A DNA stretch of 25,642 nt from an uncultured Flavobacteriales bacterium (GCA_964503665.1 CAZDAR010000037.1:1-25642); one strand, 5' to 3'. Positions 6,960-17,018 are shown, counted from the stretch's first letter. Program-made: numbers and translations. Notes: generated from the sequence alone by a model not told the origin.

Positions 6960-9572
6960 ATGACACTTCAAGAAATACGTCAACAATTTTTCGACTTTTT
7001 TGAACAAAAAGGACACGTAATCGTTCCATCTGCACCGATGGTTATCAAAAATGACCCGACTTTGATGTTTACCAATGCGGGAATGAATCAGTTTAAGGAT
7101 TACTTTTTAGGAAATGAAATTCCAAAAAACCGAAGAATTGCCGATTCACAAAAATGTTTACGTGTTTCAGGAAAACACAATGACTTAGAAGAAGTGGGCG
7201 TTGACACGTATCACCACACGATGTTTGAAATGCTAGGCAACTGGTCTTTCGGTGATTATTTCAAAAAAGAAGCGATTGAATGGGCATGGGAATTATTGAC
7301 AGAAGTTTATAAAATTCCAAAAGATCAATTATATGTAACGGTTTTTGAAGGCGATGAAAAAGACGGCGTTCCTGCTGACTTAGAATCATTTGATATTTGG
7401 AAAAAATTCATTTCCGAAGACCGTATTATTTTAGCGAATAAAAAAGATAATTTCTGGGAAATGGGCGAAACAGGACCATGTGGACCTTGTACAGAAATAC
7501 ATGTGGACATTCGACCAATAAAAGATCGTCAGGAAATTTCAGGACGTTCGTTGGTGAACATGGATCATCCGCAAGTGATCGAGATTTGGAACAATGTCTT
7601 TATGCAATTCAATAGAAAAGCAAACGGCTCTTTAGAGAAATTACCCGAAACCCACGTCGATACGGGAATGGGATTGGAGCGTTTAGCAATGGTTTTACAA
7701 GGCAAAATGTCCAATTACGATACCGATTTATTTCAAAAGTTAATTCAACATATCGAAGGTGTTTCTGGTTTTAAATATGGTCAAACGGAAGAAGTAGATA
7801 TTGCTTTGCGTGTTATTGCAGATCACGTTCGTGCGATTGCTTTTTCGATTGCCGATGGACAACTTCCTTCCAATACAGGCGCAGGATATGTGATTCGTCG
7901 AATTTTGAGACGTGCAGTACGTTACGGCTATTCAACGCTGAATATGAAGGAATCGTTCCTTTCTGGATTATCGGTTGTTTTAGGAGAAGCGATGGGCGAC
8001 ACGTATAAAGAATTATTGACACAAAAAGAGATTGTTCACAAAGTGATTTTCGAAGAAGAGCAAAGTTTCTTCAGAACCTTAGAACAAGGTATTGGAAGAA
8101 TTGCGGGATTAATTGAAACGACAAAAAAAGCAGGACAAACGGAATTAAATGGAGCTGCTGCTTTTGAATTGTACGACACGTATGGTTTTCCAGTCGATTT
8201 GACCTCATTAATCGCACGAGAGAATAATTTGACCTTGGATGAAAAAGGATTTGAAGTTGAATTAGAGAAACAAAAGACACGTTCACGTGCTGCAACGAAT
8301 ATCGAAACAGATGATTGGGTAACTATCTTGTCAAATGAAACGCCTGAGTTTATCGGTTATGATTATTTAAACGCTGAGACTAAAATTATTCGTTACCGAA
8401 AAGTCTCTCAAAAGCAAAAAACGTTGTTTCAATTAGTTTTGACAACGACGCCTTTTTATGCAGAAAGTGGTGGTCAAGTGGGTGATAAAGGGTATATTGA
8501 ATCGGACGGTGAGAAGATTTACATTCTGGATACAAAGAAGGAAAATGGATTGATCGTTCACTTTACAGAGAAATTACCAAAAGATCCAACAGCAACTTTT
8601 ACAGCAGTTGTGGACAAAACAAAACGTCAATTAACGACAAGCAATCATACTGCAACACACTTGTTACACCATGCCTTACGCACTGTTTTAGGCACACACG
8701 TAGAACAAAAAGGTTCTTTGGTAAATGAAAATTATCTTCGTTTTGACTTTTCTCATTTCAGCAAAGTAACAGCTGAAGAATTGGAAAAAGTAGAGGAATT
8801 GGTGAATGCTGAAATTCGCAAAGCCGTTCCATTAAACGAAATCCGTTACACTACTATGGATACGGCAGTAGAAATGGGTGCTATGGCATTGTTTGGTGAA
8901 AAATACGGTGACAAAGTGCGTGTCATTAAATTTGGTGATTCAGTTGAATTATGTGGAGGAACGCACGTTGCTAACACGAGTGATATTCGTATCTTTAAAT
9001 TCAAATTAGAAACAGCGGTAGCAGCTGGAATTCGTCGTGTGGAAGCGATTACAAATAGTACTGCAGAAAAAGAACTAAACGACAAAGCAACACTTTTAGA
9101 TGAAATTGCGTTGATTTTCAAAAATCCAAAAGATTTAAAGAAAAGCATCGAAGATGTACTTGTGAAGAACCATGACTTACTGAAAGAAGTAGAAAAACTT
9201 CAGAAAGAAAAAGCGATGAGTATCAAAAACGAATTGAAAAATAAAATCGTAACGACAAACGGTGTTCAATTGTTAATCGAAAAATTAGATCTAGATGCGA
9301 ATAGCATTAAAGACATTTTATATGCGCTAAAAGGTGAAACAACTGATTTCGTTGGACTTATCGGCGGAATAGAAGGGGATAAATGCTCGCTTTCATTAAT
9401 AATCGATGAAGAAGTCGTAAGCGAAAAAGATTTGAATGCTGGAGCCATTATCCGCGAAATCGCTAAGTTCATTCAAGGTGGTGGTGGTGGACAAACGTTC
9501 TTCGCAACTGCTGGAGGAAAGAATCCTTCAGGAGTTGAAGAAGCATTTAAAACGTTTAAAGGAATGATTTAG
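6960..9572 (+). CDS. alaS: alanine--tRNA ligase
   Basis: 870 aa. N-terminus [28 protein letters not shown] is the canonical AlaRS start. The WGGTHV-like editing-domain HxxxH/CGGTHV motifs are present ([21 protein letters not shown]), and the C-terminal GGGGG DHHA1 region is present. Confidence 0.97.
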   Translation: MTLQEIRQQFFDFFEQKGHVIVPSAPMVIKNDPTLMFTNAGMNQFKDYFLGNEIPKNRRIADSQKCLRVSGKHNDLEEVGVDTYHHTMFEMLGNWSFGDYFKKEAIEWAWELLTEVYKIPKDQLYVTVFEGDEKDGVPADLESFDIWKKFISEDRIILANKKDNFWEMGETGPCGPCTEIHVDIRPIKDRQEISGRSLVNMDHPQVIEIWNNVFMQFNRKANGSLEKLPETHVDTGMGLERLAMVLQGKMSNYDTDLFQKLIQHIEGVSGFKYGQTEEVDIALRVIADHVRAIAFSIADGQLPSNTGAGYVIRRILRRAVRYGYSTLNMKESFLSGLSVVLGEAMGDTYKELLTQKEIVHKVIFEEEQSFFRTLEQGIGRIAGLIETTKKAGQTELNGAAAFELYDTYGFPVDLTSLIARENNLTLDEKGFEVELEKQKTRSRAATNIETDDWVTILSNETPEFIGYDYLNAETKIIRYRKVSQKQKTLFQLVLTTTPFYAESGGQVGDKGYIESDGEKIYILDTKKENGLIVHFTEKLPKDPTATFTAVVDKTKRQLTTSNHTATHLLHHALRTVLGTHVEQKGSLVNENYLRFDFSHFSKVTAEELEKVEELVNAEIRKAVPLNEIRYTTMDTAVEMGAMALFGEKYGDKVRVIKFGDSVELCGGTHVANTSDIRIFKFKLETAVAAGIRRVEAITNSTAEKELNDKATLLDEIALIFKNPKDLKKSIEDVLVKNHDLLKEVEKLQKEKAMSIKNELKNKIVTTNGVQLLIEKLDLDANSIKDILYALKGETTDFVGLIGGIEGDKCSLSLIIDEEVVSEKDLNAGAIIREIAKFIQGGGGGQTFFATAGGKNPSGVEEAFKTFKGMI

Positions 9573-9609
9573 TAATTTAAAAGATATTTTTAAATTACTA
9601 AATCATTCC
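9561..9609 (+). terminator. perfect 22-bp-stem hairpin overlapping the alaS stop codon; putative terminator or protein/RNA regulatory structure
   Basis: GGAATGATTTAGTAATTTAAAA-gatat-TTTTAAATTACTAAATCATTCC with no mismatches. The stem is AT-rich and there is no downstream U-tract. Confidence 0.4.
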
Positions 9610-9817
9610 ACCTATTTCGAGTATCTTTTCTCCTGCGTCTTCCGAATTTTCGGAACTGGCTCTCCAAAGGAGGAATAAAATCTCACTCGAGTTTTATTCT
9701 TCAATGACGAATTTGTTTCAATTGGAAAGCAGATAAAACATCATCTTTAAAGACTTAAAGGTAGTGAATAACACAAATACCCTTTTAATGGTATTGTCTC
9801 GTATTGCATAGAAAGGC

Positions 9818-9825
9818 TAATTTTG
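9818..9825 (+). promoter_or_regulatory. candidate -7 promoter element (TAATTTTG) for the CbiX-like/PepSY operon
   Basis: TAnnTTTG match 49 nt upstream of the ATG. Confidence 0.3.
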
Positions 9826-9873
9826 CTGTTTAGAATTAATCTAAATTAAAATAGTAAATTAACAATTCAAAAA

Positions 9874-10839
9874 ATGAATACACTCGCAAAAAAAACAAGG
9901 TTATTTGGCCTTTTATCATTAATCACTTCGTTAATGTTTGGAATTACTTCCTGTCAACAAAATTCATCTAACACGGAAGAAACAATTGCAAAAGCAGAAC
10001 AAAAGATCGGTGTGCTACTTGTCAATCATGGTTCTCGTTCAGAAACATGGCGTAAAGCACTTTTTCAATTAGAAGATAACGTACGTGACCAGATATTAGC
10101 GGACGGTTCTATCAAGGGCGTGAAAACAGCTCACATGGAATACACAGAGCCTTCTATCGCATCTCGCATGAAAGAATTCGACAAAGAAGGTTACACGGAC
10201 GTTATCATCGTTCCGATATTCTTAACGGTAAGTCCACATCCATTTGAAGATATTCCAACGATTATTGGTCAAAAATCAAATCCAGAATCGGTAGAAGAAT
10301 TACGTATGGAGAAAATCGAACGTTATACACCAAAGGCAAATACGTATATTACACCATTACTAGACTTCACCAATATTCTTCAAAAGAACATTTTGAGAAG
10401 AGCAAAAGCGTTATCGAAAGATGCGGCGAATGAAGGAATTGTTTTAATCGGTTACGGAGATGTTACCTATGACAAAGAATGGGGACAATTGTTTGCTGAA
10501 ATTGCAAAATATACGACGACTGAAATAGGTATTTCTGAATACAGTTATGGATGGTGTGGTCACATCGTACATTACGATCCAAATGAGACAACAAAAGCCA
10601 TTAATAAAGTGTTGGCCAAAAAGAAAACGGCTTTAGTAATTCCAGTATTAGTTGCAGTGGACGAAAACTTCCAAAATCAGGTTATCACTGACGGAATTAA
10701 GAAAGTGAAAAACAACAAAGAAACAGTTATTTACAAGCCAGATGCTATTTTACAAGACCCAAATATCGAAGAATGGATTTTAGATATTTCAAAAGAATAC
10801 GCACAAAAAATTAAGAAAAATACTTTATCAAAAAAATAA
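9874..10839 (+). CDS. lipoprotein class-II chelatase, CbiX/CbiK-like (two tandem CbiX-type domains), predicted extracytoplasmic
   Basis: 321 aa. Lipoprotein signal LITSLMFGITSCQQ. First domain carries GVLLVNHGSRSE...TEPSIASRM...VIIVPIFLTVSPHPFEDIPTII, matching the CbiX HGS / P-S / VP-fL-H-DIP pattern. Second domain carries IVLIGYGDVTYDKEW. I judged it duplicated. Confidence 0.85.
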   Translation: MNTLAKKTRLFGLLSLITSLMFGITSCQQNSSNTEETIAKAEQKIGVLLVNHGSRSETWRKALFQLEDNVRDQILADGSIKGVKTAHMEYTEPSIASRMKEFDKEGYTDVIIVPIFLTVSPHPFEDIPTIIGQKSNPESVEELRMEKIERYTPKANTYITPLLDFTNILQKNILRRAKALSKDAANEGIVLIGYGDVTYDKEWGQLFAEIAKYTTTEIGISEYSYGWCGHIVHYDPNETTKAINKVLAKKKTALVIPVLVAVDENFQNQVITDGIKKVKNNKETVIYKPDAILQDPNIEEWILDISKEYAQKIKKNTLSKK

Positions 10840-10840
10840 A

Positions 10841-11416
10841 ATGGCAAAGAAATTCTCAGCGAAGTTTCGTCGGTTCAACCTTGAAACTCACCGTGATTTT
10901 GGCTTTTTCTTTTCTGCATTGATTATCATATATTCCATTTCAGGTATCGCCCTTAATCACGTAAATGAATGGAATGCAGATTTTATTATTAAGAAAAAGG
11001 AAATAAAAATTGATACAGGTCTTACTCGCGAAACATTGTCAGAAAAGAAGATGATGAAATACAGTTTATTAGTGGATGAAGATCACTTTAAATTGTACGA
11101 TTATCCGACCAAGGACCAAGTGAAAATTTATTATGACAACGCTACGTTGCATCTAAACTTAACAGATGGAACAGGAAAATACGAGAAAATTTCCCGAAGA
11201 CCATTTATTTATGAAACTAATTTAATTCATAAAAACGGTATCAAAGGTTGGAAATGGGTATCAGACATCTTTGCAGTCATGTTAATTTTCATTACGGTAA
11301 CAGGAATGTTCATTGTCAAAGGAAAATACGGAATTTCTGGTCGCGGAAAATGGTATGTGATTGCAGGAACAGTACTCCCTATTATTGCGGTAATCTTAGC
11401 CAGTATCTTTTCCTAA
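10841..11416 (+). CDS. PepSY-associated TM-helix family membrane protein (short, 3 TM)
   Basis: 191 aa. N-terminal FRRFNLETHRDFGFFFSALIIIYSISGIALNH is the characteristic PepSY_TM motif (H-R-x-G...TG..L). Two more TM segments follow. The ATG lies 1 nt after the upstream stop. Confidence 0.8.
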   Translation: MAKKFSAKFRRFNLETHRDFGFFFSALIIIYSISGIALNHVNEWNADFIIKKKEIKIDTGLTRETLSEKKMMKYSLLVDEDHFKLYDYPTKDQVKIYYDNATLHLNLTDGTGKYEKISRRPFIYETNLIHKNGIKGWKWVSDIFAVMLIFITVTGMFIVKGKYGISGRGKWYVIAGTVLPIIAVILASIFS

Positions 11417-11520
11417 AAAGAAATATTTTAGAATAAAATCACAATAATTAAAAAAGAAGGGCGTCAATTGATGTCCTTCTTTGACTTAGAGGATAAATTT
11501 TATTTTCTACCTTTACCACT

Positions 11521-13737
11521 ATGAAGTGGATATTCCTATTTTTCATTTGCCTTTTCACTAGTTCGTTCAGTTATTCTCAAAGTAATTTTGGACGGAAAAA
11601 TACTTTTTTAAAAGAAGACGATCAACTGGAAGTGTTATTTAAAAAAAATAGCTATTTCACCAATGATTCTCTTCCATTTAAACAGTTTGAGAAAATCGAA
11701 ATCGGTATTGAATTACCCGCTGACATTGCTCAAAAAGTCAATTTATTTGTTCATACCAATGGTAGTATAGGTATAAATCCATACCTAGAATGGGAATTAG
11801 CAGTAAAAGTAATTTTTACACATATTACTGATAATGAGTCATATACCATTGATGCTTTTTACTATCGACAATTCGAACGCTACAACAATTATATCGGCGA
11901 TAACTTTCCAAAACCCAAAGACAATATTGGTTATACAAACGAAGAATATAGAAATTTAGGTGGTTGGAATGTTATTCCTATGGCATATCAATTTTTAGCT
12001 CGTTTTGTAGCAATGAAAAGTGGTGAATGGAATTATCAAGTGATGATTTCGCAAGGGGAAGAAGTTCTATTTTTTCCTAAAAAAGAATTCCGAGTCGAAA
12101 ATAGTAACGTTAATCCTTTTATTCAAATTTCGCCCGAAAAACGCTATTTATACCGAAACGACAGTTTATTTCAGCCAATTGGTTGCAATATTAGTTGGCC
12201 TGAAACAAAACGGGAATTTGATTCCATTTTCGCAGCGAATAACCAATGGCGAGATGACAAAGGACAGTTTCATTATTTCCCGGAAAACTACCGAAGTATA
12301 ACAGTAGCACCCCGTGTTTATGAAAAATACAATGAACATGTTATAAAGATGAATCAAAGTGGTGCTAACTGGTTTCGAATGATTATGAGCCCACAATCAA
12401 CGGATATTGAATTTGAAGAGCTAGGGAATTACACGAAGCGATTGCATCAAGCGTATGAACTAGACGAATTGTTGCAATTAGCTGAAAACAAAGACTTTTA
12501 CTTGGAATGGTGTATGCTCATTCATTATACGTTCAAAAACAAAGTTTACGGTATCACCCATTGGGATTGGGATGATGCTGAAGGAGAAAATATCTATGCG
12601 TACAAAAAGGCGTTTAATTTGGAACATCCTATCGAATTTTTCCAAAGTGAAGACGCTAAGAACTACTACAAGCAACGCATTCGCTATATTTTGTCGCGCT
12701 GGGGATATTCAGCTAATATCGGTCTTTTCGAAATCATGAGTGAAATTAGTAACGTTGGTTCAGAAGAAAATGAAAGTAGCTCCTTCTACCAAACGGAATA
12801 CAAAGTGCTCGAGCGATGGCAAGATGAAATGGCTGACTATATCAAGCAAAATTATTTTGGCAAAATCCATTTACTGACCAGTAGTTACAGCGGATTGAAG
12901 CATGAGAATGACCGTAGTTATTTTGACCAAGAAGCATTCGACGTAATGGGTTCCAATGTCTATCAGTTCACGTATGAAGCTAATGCTTCTTTTTTTACCA
13001 AATTTATTGGGAAGATTATGCTCGACCAAGGAAATGAAGCTACCAAAAGCAATTACACCATTTCCCGCGATTCATTAGGTCTACAGTATATTTTCAAGCC
13101 ACTTGTTTTTGCAGAATCAGAGCCCATTAATCAACGACAACAATTCAACAATAGTACCATGGAACTCAATCGTCATTGGTGGCAGAGTTTGTTTTCGGGT
13201 CTCGCCTTTAATCTTCCGTGGACACAATGGACCGACATCGAAAATTATTATACATTTGGTCAGATAAAGGCTTTCGAGCAGAAATTCCCGTTAATTACCG
13301 ACCAATGGCATCCAGGGTATATGGACATGGAATCATTTGAAAACGTCCAAAAATGGCTTTATAATTCTGAAGCGGTAAAATGGATGGGAACTGAAACTTC
13401 TAAAGCAGATTTAATGTACCTCCGAAAAAATTCAGCAGATGAAGCGATTGGAATAATCACCAATCAAACAGCTAATTTTCAAACAATTGAAGGATTATTC
13501 GCCGATAATTACCAACATCCTTTTCCCAATCCAGAAATCGTAAATCTATCTAAAGAAAAACTGCGTGTTACGGGGCTTAAAAAAGGAAATTACCGTATTT
13601 ATTACTATTTACCCAACGACTTTAACCATCCTATTTATGTACAAAGCGTATCTGGAAAAACACTTCGATTTAACTATGTCAATTTACGTGCAACGAAAGA
13701 AACATATCTATTGCTATTCCGTGTTGTTAAAGAGTGA
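11521..13737 (+). CDS. secreted protein, putative clan GH-A-like glycoside hydrolase (DUF5060/DUF4038-like); function uncertain
   Basis: 738 aa. Signal peptide MKWIFLFFICLFTSSFSYSQ. It has a candidate N-terminal Ig-like region and a central region with a GH5-like FEIMSEI (NEP-like) motif. The assignment is weak. Confidence 0.8.
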   Translation: MKWIFLFFICLFTSSFSYSQSNFGRKNTFLKEDDQLEVLFKKNSYFTNDSLPFKQFEKIEIGIELPADIAQKVNLFVHTNGSIGINPYLEWELAVKVIFTHITDNESYTIDAFYYRQFERYNNYIGDNFPKPKDNIGYTNEEYRNLGGWNVIPMAYQFLARFVAMKSGEWNYQVMISQGEEVLFFPKKEFRVENSNVNPFIQISPEKRYLYRNDSLFQPIGCNISWPETKREFDSIFAANNQWRDDKGQFHYFPENYRSITVAPRVYEKYNEHVIKMNQSGANWFRMIMSPQSTDIEFEELGNYTKRLHQAYELDELLQLAENKDFYLEWCMLIHYTFKNKVYGITHWDWDDAEGENIYAYKKAFNLEHPIEFFQSEDAKNYYKQRIRYILSRWGYSANIGLFEIMSEISNVGSEENESSSFYQTEYKVLERWQDEMADYIKQNYFGKIHLLTSSYSGLKHENDRSYFDQEAFDVMGSNVYQFTYEANASFFTKFIGKIMLDQGNEATKSNYTISRDSLGLQYIFKPLVFAESEPINQRQQFNNSTMELNRHWWQSLFSGLAFNLPWTQWTDIENYYTFGQIKAFEQKFPLITDQWHPGYMDMESFENVQKWLYNSEAVKWMGTETSKADLMYLRKNSADEAIGIITNQTANFQTIEGLFADNYQHPFPNPEIVNLSKEKLRVTGLKKGNYRIYYYLPNDFNHPIYVQSVSGKTLRFNYVNLRATKETYLLLFRVVKE

Positions 13738-13906
13738 AAGTCTATTTTTTTACCGTAATGAAGGCGCAGTGGATGCGAAGAAGTCTTCATTCTGTTCTCT
13801 AACTCTTCGCTCAATTCTCTCAATCTCATTCTGATAACCCTTTCCATTAACAATCCGTTGAGAATAAGTAAAACAAGTAAATGATTTGACCAACGATTAG
13901 AATCAC

Positions 13907-13914
13907 TATTTTTG
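13907..13914 (+). promoter_or_regulatory. candidate -7 promoter element (TATTTTTG) for the FHA gene
   Basis: TAnnTTTG match 25 nt upstream of the ATG. Confidence 0.3.
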
Positions 13915-13938
13915 AGAATAGCAAAGTGAATATAACGT

Positions 13939-14688
13939 ATGAGTTTTTTGTTAATCAAAGTCGGGAAAGATAACTCAAATGACATCCAAATAGCGGATGA
14001 AAGAGTCAGTTCACAACATCTAGAAATTTTTAGAGATGTCGAGGGAAACATTTACTTAACCGATTTAGGTTCTGAAAACGGCACTTTTGTCAACGATGAG
14101 CGAATTACCGATGCTGTACAACTCACTGAAAACGATGAAGTAAAAATCGCGAATGCCTTTGCTTTCGATTGGAAAGGGCTCATTTCAAAAGCAGATGAAA
14201 ATAGTTTTTCAATTGGTTCTGATGCTAAGAATAGAGTGCGAATAATGGAAAGCGGAATCGATGAATTTCACCTACAGCTCTTCAAAGATTTAAAAGGAAA
14301 TATTTTTGCCAACGATTTAAAATCCGTTAATGGAACCTTTATCAATGGTCATAAAATTCAAGGAGTAGCATTACTCAAAAAAGGTGATCGGCTGAAGCTT
14401 GGTAAAAACCAATACGATTGGGAGCAGTTATTTTTAACCGGTAGATTTCCAAAGATGGAAATTCAAGAAGCACCAAAACCAGTTATTGAAAAACAAACTC
14501 CAAAACCTCAAACAATAATTCCACCAGTTGAAACAAAGACATCAACGGAAGAGAAACAAGAGAAGTCCACTACCCCATCTTCTAAAGCCCCAATTAACAA
14601 CAAAAAGAAGATAAACAATTGGATAAAATTAGCAATCATTATTGCAATAGATGTTATTCTAATTTTATGGTTGAGCTGGATTTTATAA
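13939..14688 (+). CDS. tandem-FHA-domain protein with Pro/Lys-rich linker and C-terminal transmembrane anchor
   Basis: 249 aa. FHA 1: VSSQHLEIF...IYLTDLGSENGTFVNDERI...DEVKI. FHA 2: IGSDAKNRVRI...FHLQLF...NIFANDLKSVNGTFINGHKI...GDRLKLG. Then a PKP-rich linker and the terminal helix IKLAIIIAIDVILILWLSWIL. Confidence 0.85.
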   Translation: MSFLLIKVGKDNSNDIQIADERVSSQHLEIFRDVEGNIYLTDLGSENGTFVNDERITDAVQLTENDEVKIANAFAFDWKGLISKADENSFSIGSDAKNRVRIMESGIDEFHLQLFKDLKGNIFANDLKSVNGTFINGHKIQGVALLKKGDRLKLGKNQYDWEQLFLTGRFPKMEIQEAPKPVIEKQTPKPQTIIPPVETKTSTEEKQEKSTTPSSKAPINNKKKINNWIKLAIIIAIDVILILWLSWIL

Positions 14689-14778
14689 TAAAATCTATTT
14701 GGTTTTAATACTCAGTTTTGTAGATTACATCCAGCAATTCATTTATTTAGAAAGCTAAAATGTGGCGCGTTAAAATGT

Positions 14779-16302
14779 TTGTTTTTGACTTATTTCAAAA
14801 TAAATATGTCAAACTCCCCAAAAAATCAGACAAGAACAGATATATTTATTGACACATACCTACTTATGAAGATTTTAAAAATAAGCGGAATAACAATTTT
14901 AGCACTTGCACTACTCTATCTTGCTGCTATTTTTACATTAGAATTTATTATTGAAAAGAAATTAAAGCAGGAAAAAGAACTGTCGTTTAAGGAATTCAAC
15001 ATGAGCTTTGGAGGAGATTTCACATTTAAAGAGCTTACATTTAAGAATAAAATACTCGCTGTAAAGGTGGAAGATGTAAAATTAAACATTGGCATTATGC
15101 GACTTCTATCTGACACCATCTTGATAGAAAAAGCAAGAGTGAAAGACGTGACAATAAATTATTACAAAAACGATATTGATTCAACGCAAAGAAAAAAAAG
15201 CAAGCACAAGAAAAAAAGAGCATTTGCACTTCATGATGTAATTATTTCCGGTCTTGACTTATACTCTATCAAAGATAAGGACACACTTACAAATGTTTTA
15301 GGAGTGAATTTGAAAGCCAGATTAAACGATCTCGAAAATATTCAGTTTGATCAATTGGAAAAGTTGAATTTTCAATCAATGCGACAAAATACGGGCGTAC
15401 TTAATGATTTCAGCATTGATCATTTTAATTACACGAATCATACAATTTCTATTGATACTTTTAAATTATTCACACGCTATTCAAAAGAAGAATACATAAA
15501 ATATATCCCTGAACAAAAAGGGCATATTGATCTAGTTGCAAGCAAGATAGTCTTAGATAGTGTCATTTTTGATATTCGAAAAAACACACTTGAAAAAGTA
15601 AGTTTGAACGAAATTAATATGGATAAATTCGAATTGAATGTTTACAGAGATAAGACCATTCCAGAATATACCCAACACGAACCTACGTACGCCGAAATAT
15701 TACAAAGTTTAGATTTCGAATTAGAGGCGAATGCAATGATTGCGAAAAATTCGAGTGTAAGCTTCTCGATGAAAACGGACAATCAAAAAGTAAGTCGAAT
15801 AGATTTGAAAGAGATCGATGCTCGATTAACGCAAATTAATAACATTCCGTCAAAAAACCAATTACTCAATCTTACTGGGAATTTCTCGCTAAGTCCAACT
15901 TCAAAGATTGACGTTTATTTAGCGTATAATCAATATGCCAATGTGGAAACTTTTCAATTAGATGTTCACGGTAGAGAGATAGACACCAAATCATTAAATA
16001 GCATGTTGCGCCCAGCGTTGAATACGCGAATTGAAGGTATTGTTGATGCTATTGATGTTCATATGGAGTCGATGGCAACTGGTGCCGGAACCGTGCGAGT
16101 TCAATCCGAAAACATTAAAGTCAAGCTTTTTAAAGAAAATGGTGAACCGCGTAAATTCTTTACGTTTGTTGGGAATTTATTACTGCATAAGCCTCTTGAT
16201 AAAACGGGCGAAGTCAAAGATTTTGAGTTTGATAAAACAAGGCCAATGTGGAATTATATTTGGCATTTCACTGAAGCGGGAATTAAAGATGCTGTTCTTT
16301 AA
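14779..16302 (+). CDS. AsmA-like inner-membrane-anchored protein (true start possibly the internal ATG at 14866, MKILKISG...)
   Basis: 507 aa. An N-terminal TM helix ISGITILALALLYLAAIFTLEFII is followed by VKLNIGIMRLLSDTILIEKARVKDVTINY, which matches the AsmA N-terminal LD-LLS-L-V pattern. The remainder is beta-rich and amphipathic. Confidence 0.78.
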   Translation: MFLTYFKINMSNSPKNQTRTDIFIDTYLLMKILKISGITILALALLYLAAIFTLEFIIEKKLKQEKELSFKEFNMSFGGDFTFKELTFKNKILAVKVEDVKLNIGIMRLLSDTILIEKARVKDVTINYYKNDIDSTQRKKSKHKKKRAFALHDVIISGLDLYSIKDKDTLTNVLGVNLKARLNDLENIQFDQLEKLNFQSMRQNTGVLNDFSIDHFNYTNHTISIDTFKLFTRYSKEEYIKYIPEQKGHIDLVASKIVLDSVIFDIRKNTLEKVSLNEINMDKFELNVYRDKTIPEYTQHEPTYAEILQSLDFELEANAMIAKNSSVSFSMKTDNQKVSRIDLKEIDARLTQINNIPSKNQLLNLTGNFSLSPTSKIDVYLAYNQYANVETFQLDVHGREIDTKSLNSMLRPALNTRIEGIVDAIDVHMESMATGAGTVRVQSENIKVKLFKENGEPRKFFTFVGNLLLHKPLDKTGEVKDFEFDKTRPMWNYIWHFTEAGIKDAVL

Positions 16303-17018
16303 TCGGAAAGTATAGGTGTAATTTCAGCTTCGTTTAAACCGATCCATCCCATTATATCCAAAAAGTGTATTGGAATTGACGCATTAATTTTTAGTATTCC
16401 TTTTGAAAATGGATGTTCCAACGTCATACTTTCTGCATGGAGAAGCATCTTACTAAGATTAAATTCCTTTAGGAAAAGAGCATTTTGTTTGTTGCATCCA
16501 TGTGGTCTATCACCAATAATTGGGTAGCGTAAATGATTCAAATGTTTCCGAATTTGATGCATTCTCCCTGTTTTTGGAAAAGCTTCAATCAAAGAATAAC
16601 GAGAAGTCTCAAATTTTCCAAAAGAAAGTGGAATTTCAACGTGTTGAAGTAAACGAAAGTGCGTCACAGCATCTTGTTCCTTTCCTTTTTCATTGATTAA
16701 TGGATGATCTACGAAAATCTCATCTGGAAAAAATCCACGAACAATCGCTACATAGCGCTTTTGTGTAGCTGATTCTTGCATCATCAATTGAAAAGAATGA
16801 ACAAAATCTTGATGTCTGGCAAATAATAAAACACCCGATGTTTTTCTGTCTAAGCGATGAATTGGAAACACATGATAGCCTAACTGATTTCTCAATAGTT
16901 GCACAGCGAATTCCTTGGCATCGCGTGCTAATTTTGTTCTGTGCACAAGAAGTCCAGCAGGTTTATTGACAGCAATGAGAAAATCATCTTCATACAGTAT
17001 TTCTAATTCATTTTCCAC
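16299..17018 (-). CDS. RluA/TruC-family RNA pseudouridine synthase
   Basis: 239 aa. Starts EILYEDDFLIAVNKPAGLLVH and has the catalytic motif HRLDRKTSGVLLFAR. Confidence 0.92.
   Translation of the reverse strand: MENELEILYEDDFLIAVNKPAGLLVHRTKLARDAKEFAVQLLRNQLGYHVFPIHRLDRKTSGVLLFARHQDFVHSFQLMMQESATQKRYVAIVRGFFPDEIFVDHPLINEKGKEQDAVTHFRLLQHVEIPLSFGKFETSRYSLIEAFPKTGRMHQIRKHLNHLRYPIIGDRPHGCNKQNALFLKEFNLSKMLLHAESMTLEHPFSKGILKINASIPIHFLDIMGWIGLNEAEITPILSD

Noticed and set aside
11248-11436. 62-aa ORF in an alternative frame inside the PepSY-TM gene
   Set aside because: It lies entirely within a well-supported CDS on the same strand. Its Cys/Arg-rich product is typical of out-of-frame translation.
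13500-13737. Possible T9SS (Por) C-terminal sorting domain at the end of the 738-aa secreted protein (GNYRIYYY...TLRFNYVNL)
   Set aside because: The order and spacing of the motifs do not match the type-A/B CTD pattern well enough to call by eye. It needs a profile-HMM test for the T9SS CTD.
13565-14051. Overlapping ORFs 13565..13834 (+, 89 aa) and 13674..14051 (-, 125 aa) in the gap between the 738-aa gene and the FHA gene
   Set aside because: They overlap each other and the flanking real genes, have low-complexity composition, and carry no motifs. The region is better explained as the terminator/promoter gap (TATTTTTG -7 box at 13907).
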